The notes under the pieces are model-generated. The model was not told the origin of the DNA and did no database searches. It worked only from the letters and a program-made list of their open reading frames with translations. This document shows positions 1-11,919 of a DNA stretch of 64,000 nucleotides, piece after piece (position 1 is the first letter of the stretch; each line of letters opens with the position of its first letter). A program made the position numbers and the translations under genes. This DNA is from Isurus oxyrinchus (taxonomy: Eukaryota), in the NCBI GenBank assembly GCA_026770705.1, contig JANJGN010000102.1, positions 310,001-374,000 on the forward strand, read 5' to 3'.

Positions 1-901
1 TAAAGCTCCCTCTACACTGTCCCCATCAAACACTCCCAGGATAGATACAGCACAGGGTTAGATACAGAGTAAAGATCCCTCTACACTGTTCCCATCAAAC
101 ACTCCTAGGGCAGATACAGCATAGGGTTAGATGCAGCATAAAGCTCCCTCTACACTGTCCCCATCAAACACTCCCAGGAGAGGGACAGCACAGGGTTAAA
201 TACAGAGTAAAGCTTCCTCTACACTGTCCCCATCAAACACTCCCAGGACAGGTACAGCACGGGGTTAGATATGGATTATAGCTCCTTCTACAGTGTCCCC
301 ATCAAACACTGCCAGGACAGGTACAGCACGGGGTTAGATACAGAGTAAAGCTCCCTCTACACTGCTCCCATCAAACACTCCTAGGGCAGATACAGCATAG
401 GGCTAGATACAGCGTAAAGCTCCCTCTACGCTGTCCCCATCAAACACTCCCAGGGGAGGGACAGCACAGGGTTGGATACAGAGTAAAGCTCCCTCTACAC
501 TGTCCCCATCAAACACTCCCAGGCCAGGCACAGCACTGGGTTAGATATGGAATATAGCTCCTTCTACAGTGTCCTCATCAAACACTCCCAGGACAGGTAC
601 GGCACGGGGTTAGATATAGAATAAAGCTCCCTCCACAGTGTCCCCAACAAACACTCCCAAGGCAGATACAGCACAGGGTTAGATACAGAGTAAAGCTTCC
701 TCTACACTGTCCCCATCAAACACTCCAAGGACAGGTACAGCACGGAGTTAGATACAGCGGCAAGCTCCCTCTACACTGTCCCCATCAAACACTCCCAGGA
801 CAGGTACAGCACGGGGTTAGATACGGAGTAAAGCTCCCTCTATACTGTCCCCATCAAACACTCCCAGAACAGGTACAGCACAGGGTTAGATACAGGGTAA
901 A
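1..901 (+). repeat. 69-bp tandem satellite (TAAAGCTCCCTCTACACTGTCCCCATCAAACACTCCCAGGACAGGTACAGCACGGGGTTAGATACAGAG), ~13 units, runs off the window start
   Basis: Unit restarts every 69 nt (1, 70, 139...). Same unit occurs at 20815-22628, 34049-35051 and 36298-36522. Confidence 0.95.
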
Positions 902-964
902 GCCATCTCAAATGGCACATTTTGGGGTTAATGGCTGTTGGTGAGTGGAGACTGACAGGTCCTT

Positions 965-2245
965 GTGAATTCTCAGCTCACGCGGGAGAAAGATTAGCAT
1001 AGGTCTTGGGAACAGGAGATAGCTGAAGTTGTATTTGTATTTGTGGGTGTTAGGAATAAGCTATAGCTTTAAGTTTTAGTTTAATTTCTATTTCTGTATT
1101 TGTTTGTTAAAGGAACCTGAGTTTTAATTTTACTTTAAACTGATGCCTGCAATTTTGGAGGTTTTGTTTGTATACCTGAATTCTACTGAGGTTTTATGGC
1201 ACTTGAAGTAGGAAAAGCTATGCTGTTGCCTAGCAACAGGGAGGTCCACAGAGACAGAATAGAAGTTTTAGTTCACTTGGAAGCAGGTGCCAGGAGAAGC
1301 TGGACACAAGAGAGGGGACTGCAGGAAGCAGGTTTGAAAGGATGAGAAGTTCCCAAACCAGGGAGTGGCTCAGGAGAAAAGTCCCAGGAAGACAGTGAAG
1401 TCAAAGGAGAAGAACAAGAATTTGAACAAGGTCCTGCCTAGTGAAGTTAAACTTAGGAGCAGAGGACAATGCTCCAAATTAAAGAGAGAAAGCTGCAGAG
1501 AACAGACTTAAAGCAAATTAGGCTTGTTGGAAGGCAAAAGATCCAAGGAGGCAGCTGAGGGTCTATAACTCTTTACTATGAGCATGTGAAGCAGGCACGG
1601 CTGAGTATCAGAGAGAGAGAGTACAAGGAAGGCAAAGTTTGAATGCACATGGTGATCCAGAGGAGAGGAACATCAGAAGGAAAGATTGAAAGCCTGGAAG
1701 TGGACCCTTGTGGAAGGCGTCAGAGAGAAGGCATCATTTGGGAGAAGATTCCAAAGCAAATTCTTCACAAGTGGAGATTGGAAACCTTCGTATAAAAGAT
1801 GAAGTTCAGTGAGCCTGGTTGGCTCACGCTGTGACAAGTGTCTGGGGGGAGCTGATGAGAGATCCTTCGCATCATTTGGGGTGGCACTGTCACTTGGTTA
1901 CAGAGTGTGGTGTGTCTGACCACAGGTCGATTATTGGTTTACGTGGACTATGTACTTACAGTGAAGCTTAGAGTATAGGATAGCTTTTTAACTTGTGTTA
2001 CCTTTATGAATCTATATATATCTATGAAGGTGTAGTTGTGGGTAATGGAGTATTGTAATATAGTTCATCTTTTCTTGCTTAATAAATGTTTTATTGTTTT
2101 GTTAAAAAATCATCAGCTGTCTCCTATGACTGTTCAGTGGCTGCCCTCCATGTTTCTAAATAAAAAATAAAAGTTAGGTTCTATCCAGCTGAGTTCCAAC
2201 TTGGGATCTGAATTGTCCAGTAGTAACATCAGCTGGGATCGTAAC
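965..2245 (+). mobile_element. Probable solo LTR (degenerate)
   Basis: Imperfectly inverted termini (TGTGAATTCTCAGCTC ... CAGCTGGGATCGTAAC), AATAAA at ~2081, no ORF. No clean TSD seen. Confidence 0.5.
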
Positions 2246-2399
2246 TGACACTTAGTCCGTTTTTAGGTGACAGTGGCCGTCACCCTCTAAATATCACACA
2301 CCAGATGTCATGCTGCACACATCTTAACCATTCTTGCAAATGATTAATTCAAAGCAGAGAGAAAGAGGGAGAGAGAGAGAGAGGAATTCTAGTCAAGGG

Positions 2400-3452
2400 T
2401 AGGAATCAGATGGAACAGTCAGAGAATGGCTGTGGCACAGAAGGAGACATTCAGCCCATTGTGCCCTCTGCAAGAGTATCTCACCCCGTCCCACTCCCAA
2501 CCTTTTCCCCGTAACCCTGTACATTCTTCCTTTTCATATAACAATCCAATTCCCCTTTTGAAAGCCTCGACGGATCCTGCCTCCATCAGACTCTCAGGCA
2601 GCACATTCCAGATCCTAACCACTCGCTGTGTGAGAAAGTTTCTCCTCATGACTCCATTGCTTAGAACCATAGAAAAGTTACAGTGCAGAAAGAGGCCATT
2701 CAGCTCATTGTGTCTGTACCGGCCATAAAGAGAAAAGAAGTTAACCTCTTTTTTAATCCCACTTTCCAGCACTTGGTCCATAGCCTTGCAGGTTACAGTA
2801 CCTCAGGTGCAGATCCTGGTATCTCCTAAATGTGTTGAGTGTTTCAGCCTCAACCACTAATTCCAGGCAGTGAATTCCAGATTCCCACCGCACTCTGGGT
2901 GAAGAAGTTTTTCCTCATGTCCTCTCTAATCGTTCTATCAATCACCTGAAATCTGATCCCCCCGTGTAATTGACCCCTCAGCTAGGGGAAAATGGGTCTT
3001 TCCTGTCTATCCTATCTAGGCTTCTCATAATTTTGTACACCTCAATTAGGTCACCCCTCAGCCTCCTCTGTTCTAAGGAAAACAATTCCAGCCAATCCAG
3101 TCTTTCCCCATAGCTGCAATTTTCCAGCTCTGGCAACATTCTTGTAAATTTCCTCTATGCTCTCTGCAAAGCGATTATGACCTTCTTGTACACAAAATTC
3201 CAGCTGTGGCCTAACCAGCATTTTATATAGTTCCATCATTTCATTCCTGCTTCTGTATTCAATACTTCATCCAATAAAGGAAAGCATTCCATATGCTTTC
3301 TTGATCACTTTGTCCACCTGTCCTGCCACCTTCAGGGACCTGCAAACATGCACTCCAAGGCCTCTTATTTCCTCAACCCCTCTCAATATCCTCCCATTTA
3401 TTGAGTAGTCCCTTGTTTTTTTTGACCCCCCCCAAATGCATTACCTCACACT
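2400..3452 (-). mobile_element. CR1-clade LINE 3' fragments (continue at 5066-5225 after the Penelope insertion)
   Basis: Minus-strand ORFs contain CR1 C-terminal motifs RRNFLTQRVVRIWNVLP and LYKMLVRPQLEFCVQ. Confidence 0.85.
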
Positions 3453-5065
3453 AGGTACCTCACCAGTCCTACTCCGGCCCCCTTCCACAACTCTTTCTCC
3501 GGTACATCGATGATTACTTCGGTGCTGCTTCATGCTCTCGTCAGGACTTGGAAAAATTTATTAATTTTGCTTCCAATCTCCATCCCTCCATCATTTTCAC
3601 GTGGTCCATCTCTGACACTTCCCTTCCCTTCCTTGACCTCTCTGTCTCAATCTCTGGTGATAGACTATCCACCAATATCCATTACAAACCTACCGACTCC
3701 CACAGCTACCTCGATTACAGCTCCTCACACCCCGCTTCCTGTAAGGACTCCATCCCATTCTCCCAGTTCCTTCGCCTCCGTCGCATCTGTTCCAATGATG
3801 CTACCTTCAAAAACAGTTCCTCTGACATGTCCTCCTTCTTCCTTAACCGAGGTTTTCCCCCCACGGTCGTTGACAGGGCCCTCAACCATGTCTGGCCCAT
3901 CTCCCGCGCATCCGCCCTAACGCCTTCTCCTCCCTCCCAGAAACATGATAGGGTCCCCCTTGTCCTCATTTATCACCCCACCAGCCTCCGCATTCAAAGG
4001 ATCATCCTCCGCCATTTCCACCAACTCCAGCATGATGCCACCACCAAACACATCTTCCCTTCACCCCCCTTATCGGCATTCCATAGGGATCGTTCCCTCT
4101 GGGACACCCTGGTCCACTCCTCCATCACCCCCTACTCCTCAACCCCCTCCTATGGCACCACCCCATGCCCACGCAAAAGATGTAACACCTGCCCCTTCAC
4201 TTCCTCTCTCCTCACCATCCAAGGGCCCAAACACTCCTTTCAAGTGAAGCAGCATTTCACTTGCATTTCCCCCAACTTAGTCTACTGCATTCATTGCTCC
4301 CAATGTGGTCTCCTCTACATTGGAGAGACCAAATGTAAACTGGGCGACCGCTTTGCAGAACACCTGCGGTCTGTCTGCAAGAATGACCCAAACCTCCCTG
4401 TCGCTTGCCATTTTAACACTCCACCCTGCTCTCTTGCCCACATGTCTGTCCTTGGCTTGCTGCATTGTTCCAGTGAAGCCCAACGCAAACTGGAGGAACA
4501 ACACCTCATCTTCCGACTAGGCACTTTACAGCCTTCCGGACTGAATATTGAGTTTAACAACTTTAGGTCTTGAACTCCCTCCTCCATCCCCACCCCCTTT
4601 CTGTTTCTTCCCCCTTCCTTTTGTTTCTTCCAATAAATTATATAGATTTTTCTTTTCCCACCTATTTCCATTATTTTTAAATATTTTAAAATCTTTTATG
4701 CTCCCCCCACCCCCACTAGAGCTATACCTTCCATTCTTAATTAGCACATTCATTTCGATAATGTCACCAACTTCAACACCTGTGTTCTTTTGTTCTGTTG
4801 TCTGTGACATCGTTTGATGATCTGCTTCTATCACTGCTTGTTTGTCCCTACAACCACACCACCCCAACCCCGCCACCACACACACACACACCTTAAACCA
4901 ACTTATATTTCACCCCTTCCTTGGATTCACCTAGTTCTGTTGAAGGGTCATGAGGACTCGAAACATCAACTCTTTTCTTATCCGCCGATGCTGCCAGACC
5001 TGCTGAGTTTTTCCAGGTAATTCTGTTTTTGTTTTGGATTTCCAGCATCCGCAGTTTTTTTGTTT
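3453..5065 (+). mobile_element. Penelope-like retroelement, 5'-truncated (RT C-terminus, GIY-YIG endonuclease, terminal tail)
   Basis: ORF 3548-4573 has NLVYCIHCSQCGLLYIGET...RFAEH (GIY-YIG) and ends PSGLN; RYIDD lies just upstream. 12-bp TSD TTACCTCACACT at 3441-3452 and 5066-5077. Confidence 0.93.
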
Positions 5066-5459
5066 TTACCTCACACTTCTCTGGTTTAAATTCCATTTGC
5101 CACTTCTCTGCCCACTAAACCAAACTTTCTTTTGCCAATCGCCTTAAATCTGTCTCCTCTGGTTCTCGATCCTTCCACCAAGTTTCTCCCTATCTACTCT
5201 GTCCCAGGCCCTTCATGATTTTCAAAGTGGAATTGTTATATTTTATCATAAGATATTCCAAACCATCTTTGATTAATAAGCTAAAGCATGAATGTCTGAA
5301 TATGACTGATTGCACCTATGCTATTTACTTTATTAACTACAATAGCTGAGGGAACACAATATTTCACTTAATATCCAAAGCACATATTCTGCTTGGGCTT
5401 GCCAGTGTGCAAATAAATCATCGCAATTGAATTCCTTGGTGCAACGTTTCTTGTATACG

Positions 5460-5556
5460 ATGGTAACTCAACGGACCTGCACCAGCTGTCTTCCTTTATT
5501 CTGCATTATTTTTGGGATAATAGGGGTGTCCTTTACCTAGCATTCACAGCAGCAGG
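5460..5556 (+). pseudogene. Candidate degenerate leader exon of the MHC alpha (WA) pseudogene
   Basis: ATG at 5460 gives MVTQRTCTSCLPLFCIIFGIIGVSFT* (hydrophobic core, TAG at 5538). No intact GT donor; position is upstream of the alpha1 exon. Confidence 0.3.
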
Positions 5557-5609
5557 GAAACCAGCCAATCCCCCTCCCTTTTCTTTTCTGTTCCAATCTC
5601 ACTCAGCCA

Positions 5610-6360
5610 CCGCCCCTCACTTCTTCTTCCAGTACATTGATGATAGCCGCTTCCTGTGCTGGCCCGGAACTGGAACATTTCAATCAACTTTGCTTCCAAT
5701 CTCCACCTTATGTTCAGTCCACGAGCATCACCCTGAGATTCTGGTCGCCTGTCTCTTTAATTTTCCACCTCACTCTGACTCTGACCTCCCTGCCCTAGGT
5801 CTGTGGCACTGTTCTGACTCTGACCTCCCTGTCCTCGGTCTGCAGCACCGTTCTGACTCTAACCTCCCTGCCCTCGGCCTGCGGCGCCATTTTGACTCTG
5901 ACTTCCCCGTCCTTGGTCTGCGGCGCCGTTCTGACTCTGACCTCCCTGCCCTCGGACTGTGGCACCATTCCAATGAAGCTCAAGGAGTAACACCTCATCT
6001 TTTGATTAGTCGCTTTACAGCCTTCTGGACTCAACATTGAGTTCAACAATTTTAGATCATAATCTCTATTCTCATTCTTTGGGCGGCAGCTGTTGGTGAT
6101 GATTCTATGTTTCCCGTTTACACCTCCTCTAGACCTATCATCTGTTTCTATCTCTTGTCTCATTACCATCTTTTTTGCCCTTGCGCCCTCAGCATTTGTC
6201 ATTTAATCTCTCCCGTCCCCTCTACCCTATCCCAGACCTTCACTTTTATTCTTCCTACCCCTCCCCACCCCTCTGTATTTGTTTGAAACCTGTCACCTCT
6301 CTTTCCCCAGCTCCAATGTAAGGTCTTCGAGCTTGAATGTTAACCCTGTTTCCCTCGCCA
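5610..6360 (+). mobile_element. Old Penelope-like fragment containing a 39-bp tandem amplification (5770-5975)
   Basis: QYIDD-like and ...PSGLNIEFNNFRS-like remnants; about five copies of CTGACTCTGACCTCCCTGCCCTCGGTCTGCGGCACCGTT. Confidence 0.7.
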
Positions 6361-6429
6361 GCATTACTGCCTTGGCTCTGGACCATTCCTGGCTTTTTCA
6401 GAGTCCCTTACTTATGCTTGTGTGTTTAT

Positions 6430-7510
6430 TTTCTATTCCTTCTTGGGATGTAAGTGTCGCTGGCGAACCGGCATTTGCTGCCCACCCCAAATTGCTTCTT
6501 GAACTGAGTGTCTCACTAGAGCCACTTCAGAGGGGCCAATTAAGAGTCAGCCACATTGCTGTGGGCCTGGAGTCACATGTAGGCCAGACTGGGTTAGGAT
6601 GGCAGATTTCCTTACCTGAAGGGACAGTGAACCAGATGGGGTTTTTACACCAATTCAGTAATCTCATGATTATATCAGCTTTTTAAATTCTGGGTTTATT
6701 AATGAATTTCATTTACATTTCCCCAGCTGCCATGGTGGGATTTGAATTCATGGGCAGGATTTTTTGAATGGGTCCCGCGCCATCACCCACAGAGTCAATG
6801 GGGACACTACCTCGCTGATCCTGGCAGCTGTTGAACACTCCATGAGGCTTTCGTTGTCTAAGTTTGAGGCCATTGCCTCACCACCACCCCCATCCCCCCC
6901 CCACCCCAAACCTGGGGAGGGGGAGCCATCGTAAGAGAGCTGCTGGTTAACCTGATTGGCTGACAGAACTATAGTCCCAGCAGCGCCACGTTTGAGTGGT
7001 GCCCACTGCTAAGGCTACAGCCAGTCCTCGAAGAGGAGGTTATGAAGGCCGGTGTTTTTTTTATTCTTTCATGGGATGTGGGCATCGCTGGCTAGACCAG
7101 CAACTATTGCCACCCCCTATTGACCTTGAGAAGGTGGTGGTGAGTCACCTTCTTGAACTACTGCAATCCCTGTGCTGTAGGTACACCCACAGCACTACTA
7201 GGGAGGGAGTTCCAGGATTTTGACCCAGCGACAGTGGAGGAACGGCTGATGTATTTCCAAGTCAGATGGTGAGTGGGTCGGAGGGGAGCTCACAGGCGGT
7301 AGTGTTCCCATGTGTCTGCTGCCTTTGTCCTTCTAAGTAGTAGTGGTCGCGTGTTTGGGCGGGAATGTCACAGGAGCCTTGGTGAGTTGCTGCAATGCAT
7401 CTTGTCGATGGTACACACACTGCTGCCCCTGTGTGTCGGAGGGAGTGAATGTTAAAGGTGTGGATGGGGTGTCGAACAAGCAGGGTGGCTTTGTCTTGGA
7501 TGATGCCCAT
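6430..7510 (-). mobile_element. HE1-type SINE and HER1/CR1-type LINE 3' fragments
   Basis: Same sequence blocks recur at 26480-28190, 43975-44270, 56870-57290 and 63570-64000. Confidence 0.7.
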
Positions 7511-7794
7511 GGAGTGGCCAGCTAAAGAGCCTCAACAGGTCCAGGGGGCCCCACATCTCCACTGCCCCCCCCCCCCCCACCCCCCCTCCCCGATCCGCCC
7601 CTCCATAAGATAAGAGACAGCTCGGAGTGGGTGGGTACGTGGCAGACAGGCCACGTACTGCATATCACCAGCAGTGCCACCGGGTTCGCAAGTGGGGGGG
7701 AACCATAAAACCATGGCTCTGGATTATGAGCCCAGTGACATCCACAGTAAGTTACCATCCCCTGAAGCTGATCCCAATTATTTTTCACTTCTAG

Positions 7795-8042
7795 CAGAGC
7801 AAAGAGTGCGGGGGATGATTTTCAGCGTCTCTGACAGCCGGACCTCCATCGTCACCTCGACCAATGATGACATGACCCTCGCCTACCATAACAGCACCGA
7901 GTCCAACTTGTGTTCCTTACCGAGGCGCTGAACGCGCTCCATGCCGAGTCAAACAATCTCATCCAGAAATACCAGAGCTATCTGACATTGAATGAAATCG
8001 TTCTCAACGAAATGGCGAACCGCATCCCGGAGAAACAAAACG
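7795..8042 (+). pseudogene. MHC W-category alpha chain (WA) alpha1 exon, 1-bp deletion near 7907
   Basis: Acceptor TTTTTCACTTCTAG, donor G|GTAATT, phase 1-1, 248 nt (3n-1). Repaired translation AEQRVRGMIFSVSDSRTSIVTSTNDDMTLAYHNSTESNxVFLTEALNALHAESNNLIQKYQSYLTLNEIVLNEMANRIPEKQN. Splices in frame (GAC) to the Ig exon. Confidence 0.8.
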
Positions 8043-8249
8043 GTAATTTGAATAGTCACTTGGTGGTACGGAATATGAGCATTGGTGAAAAACAGACATG
8101 ATGTTGAAACTTTTTGTCTCACAATCATCAGGATAGATGGAAGAATACCAAATTTCAAAGGGGAGAGAGAACAAAGAATGACACTAAGAACTACACCAAT
8201 GACCATTTTTAAATTATCAGTAGGATTCGCACATACACATGCTAGAAGC

Positions 8250-8530
8250 TACATATATTCATATGCAGGGACCTGCCCTCTGCAGACAGAAGGAACGTAT
8301 CCAGCCATGGCACCTTTTTCGAATTAAATAAAAGTGTGAGGGACAAAAGCTCCCTGGTGCATTCTCCATGGCAACACCTTGACAATAAGAGTTGACTTTC
8401 CAGCCAATCAGCACCCTATTCTCATGCAGTATAAATTGTTGCTCCCTCAGAAATTTGGCATTCTTGCTTCTGTCCTGGTGAGTCCAAGAGAAAAAGCTTT
8501 GACAGCATGTTTCTTTTCTCAGCAATCCTC
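8250..8530 (+). mobile_element. Terminal fragment of a second putative Penelope-like family (degenerate hammerhead-like motif at ~8475-8500)
   Basis: Reverse-complement homolog of 57670-57980; motif CTGGTGA-GTCCAAGAG-AAAAAGCTT. Confidence 0.5.
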
Positions 8531-8759
8531 AAATGCTGTACTGTCAGGTGACCAGTCTTTAATTCTATGATTCCTTTCTCAATTACCTCATGCTCCCCCT
8601 CATAGAGTTATACAGCACAGAAACAGGCCCTTCAGCCCGTATTTGTCTCAATTTGAGATATCCCATCCACCCCAACGCCTGCTTTATGCTCAGTTCTCAA
8701 TCCTCCTCCCTTACTTATTGGAACATCCCGGGAGCTCCAAGACGGTGAGGCACTAGGCT

Positions 8760-9385
8760 CGGGACACGAGTCAAGGAACAGGGGAGGCCATTCAGCCCCT
8801 TGAGCCTGCATCACCATTCAATCCAATCATGGCTGATCTACAACCTAATTCCATTTTAGGCCACACCTGGAGTCACTGTGAGCAGTTCTGGGCATCACAC
8901 CTTCGGAAAGATATGCTGACCTCGGAGAGGGTTCTGTGTTGATTGACCAGAATGATCCCTGGACTCCAAGGGTTAAATTCTGAGGAGAGGTATCAGAAAC
9001 TATGCTCATATTCCCTGGAATTGAGAAGGTTAAGGGGGTGATCTGAACAAAGTTTTCAAGATATTCATGGGAACTGATAGCTCCGATTGAGATGGACCGT
9101 TTCCCGCTGGTTGGTGGGGGGGCGGGGTGGGGGGGGGGGGGGGGGGGAGGGGGGTGTAGGGTAGTCTGGGACAAGGGGGCAGAGTCTGAAAATGAGAGGT
9201 AGACCCTTCAGGAGTGAAGTGAGGAAAGACTCCTACACACAAAGGGTAGTTGGAGTTTGAAACTCTCTTCCCCAAATGGCCATTGATGCCGGGTCAACTG
9301 TTACTTTTAAATCTGTGAGATTGAGATTTTTGCTAACCAAAGGTTTTAAGGGATACTGGGCGAAGGCAGGTAGGTGGAGATAGGT
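8760..9385 (+). mobile_element. CR1 3' fragments hosting the second Penelope copy (resume at 11489-11550)
   Basis: CR1-like RPHLE..QFW and YTQRVVGV remnants; sequence resumes after the TSD. Confidence 0.75.
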
Positions 9386-11488
9386 AAAACAAAAACAGAA
9401 TTATCTGGAAAAACTCTGCAGGTCTGGCAGCATCGGCGGAGAAGAAAAGAGTTGATGTTTCGAGTCCTCATGACCCTTCGACAGAACTTGAGTTCGAGTC
9501 CAAGTAACAGCTGAAATATAAGCTGGTTTAAGGTGTGTGTGTGGGGGGGCGGAGAGATAGAGAGAGAGAGAGAGGTTTGGGGGGGGTGTGGTTGTGTGGA
9601 CAAACAAGCAGTGATAGAAGCAGATCATCAAAAGATGTCAACGACAATGGTACAATAGAACACATAGGTGTTAAAGTTAAAGTTGGTGATATTATCTAAA
9701 CAAATGTGCTAATTAAGAATGGATGGTAGGGCACTCAAGGTACAGCTCTAGTGGGGGTGTTTTTTTTTATAATGGAAATAGGTGGGAAAAGGAAAATCTT
9801 TATAATTTATTGGAAAAAAAAGGAAGGGGGAAACAGAAAGGGGGTGGGGATGGGGGAGGGAGCTCACGACCTAAAGTTGTTGAATTCAATATTCAGTCCG
9901 GAAGGCTGTAAGGTGCCTAGTCGGAAGATGAGGTGTTGTTCCTCCAGTTTGCGTTGGGCTTCACTGAAACAATGCAGCAAGCCAAGGACAGACATGTGGG
10001 CAAGAGAGCAGGGTGGAGTGTTAAAATGGCAAGCGACAGGGAGGTTTGGGTCATTCTTGCGGACAGACCGCAGGTGTTCTGCAAAGCGGTCGCCCAGTTT
10101 ACGTTTGGTCTCTCCAATGTAGAGGAGACCACATTGGGAGCAACGAATGCAGTAGACTAAGTTGGGGGAAATGCAAGTGAAATGCTGCTTCACTTGAAAG
10201 AAGTGTTTGGGCCCTTGGACGGTGAGGAGAAAGGAAATGAAGGGGCAGGTGTTACATCTTTTGCGTGGGCATGGGGTGGTGCCATAGGAGGGGGTTGAGG
10301 AGTAGGGGGTGATGGAGGAGTGGACCAGGGTGTCCCGGAGGGAGCGATCCCTATGGAATGCCGATAAGGGGGGTGAAGGGAAGATGTGTTTGGTGGTGGC
10401 ATCATGCTGGAGTTGGCGGAAATGGCGGAGGATGATCCTTTGAATGCGGAGGCTGGTGGGGTGATAAGTGAGGACAAGGGGGACCCTATCATGTTTCTGG
10501 GAGGGAGGAGAAGGCGTGAGGGCGGATGCGTGGGAGATGGGCTGGACACGGTTGAGGGCCCTGTCAACGACCGTGGGTGGAACACCTCGGTTAAGGAAGA
10601 AGGAGGACATGTCAGAGGAACTGTTTTTGAAGGTGGCATCATCAGAACTGATGCGATGGAGGCGAAGGAACTGAGAGAATGGAATGGAGTCCTTACAGGA
10701 AGCGGGGTGTGAGGAGCTGTAGTCGAGGTAGCTGTGGGAGTCGGTGGGTTTGTAATGGATATTGGTGGACAGTCTATCACCAGAGATTGAGACAGAGAGG
10801 TCAAGGAAGGGAAGGGAAGTGTCAGAGATGGACCACGTGAAAATGATAGAGGGGTGGAGATTGGAAGCAAAATTAATAAATTTTTCCAAGTCCCGACGAG
10901 AGCATGAAGCGGCACCGAAGTAATCATCGATGTACCGGAGAAAAAGTTGTGGAAGGGGGCCGGAGTAGAACTGCAACAAGGAATGTTCCACATACCCCAT
11001 AAAGAGACAGGCATAGCTGGGGCACATGCGGGTACCCATAGCCACACCTTTTATTTGGAGGAAGTGAGAGGAGTTGAAGGAGAAATTGTTCAGCGTGAAA
11101 ACAAGTTCAGCCAGACGGAGGAGAGTAGTAGTGGATGGGGATTGTTCGGGCCTCTGTTCGAGGAAGAAGCTAAGGGCCCTCAGACCATCCTGGTGGGGGA
11201 TGGAGGTGTAGAGGGATTGGACGTCCATGGTGAAGAGGAAGCGGTTGGGGCCAGGGAACTGGAAATTGTTGATGTGATGTAAGGTGTCAGAGGAATCATG
11301 GATGTAGGTGGGAAAGGACTGGACAAGGGAGAGAGAAGGGAGTCAAGATAACGAGAAATGAGTTCTGTGGGGCAGGAGCAAGCTGAGACGATCGGTCTAC
11401 CGGGGCAGTTCTGTTTGTGGATTTTGGGTAGGAGATAGAAGCGGGCCGTCCAAGGTTGGGCGACTATCAGGTTGGAAGCTGTGGGAGA
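9386..11488 (-). mobile_element. Penelope-like retroelement, 5'-truncated (RT, GIY-YIG, tail)
   Basis: ORF 9864-11228 with [24 protein letters not shown] and the GIY-YIG block. 15-bp TSD TAGGTGGAGATAGGT at 9371-9385 and 11489-11503. Confidence 0.95.
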
Positions 11489-11639
11489 TAGGTGGAGATA
11501 GGTGACAGATCAGACATGATCTCGCTGAATGGTCAAAGTCTTCCTGTTCTGTCTATTTGGGGGGTGATCTGCTTAATTTTGAAGATGCGAGCTCTGCTGC
11601 TAACACCCCCTTTCAAGTTTTTAACCTTGTGCCTTCCAG

Positions 11640-11919
11640 ACGACCCCATAGTGTTGCTTTATCCGGATGAACCCTTCACCTTAGTGGGGGAAGAACACCC
11701 TGAATTGTTTTGTGAGTCATCTGTTTCCGCCAGTGGCCCATGTGTCCTTCCTGAAGAACGATCAGCCCCTATCGGGGCAATTGAGGTCCTCGCAGTTCAC
11801 CTTCGACAACAGCTGGACGTTTTAAATCTTGAAATATGTGCAAATTGAGCCTGCTGTTGGGGACAAGTATTCGTGTGTGGTGGAGCTAGTCACCAAGGAG
11901 CAGTTCCGAGCCTACTGGG
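11640..11919 (+). pseudogene. MHC W-category alpha chain (WA) alpha2 Ig-C1 exon, beta-2-microglobulin-like; +1 frameshift at ~11685 and TAA at 11823-11825
   Basis: Acceptor CCTTCCAG, donor G|GTACAG, 280 nt. Repaired: DDPIVLLYPDEPFTLGGKNTLNCFVSHLFPPVAHVSFLKNDQPLSGQLRSSQFTFDNSWTF*ILKYVQIEPAVGDKYSCVVELVTKEQFRAYW. Both Ig Cys present; equivalents of B2M F56, W60, F62 and W95 present. Confidence 0.9.

Noticed and set aside
902-946. HLKWHILGLMAV followed by a perfect GTGAGT donor, a possible leader exon end
   Set aside because: Only ~40 nt of unique sequence between satellite and LTR; no start or acceptor, so it cannot be assigned.
11640-11919. Beta-2-microglobulin gene itself
   Set aside because: It is preceded by an alpha1-type exon and followed by a class II alpha-type TM exon, which B2M lacks.
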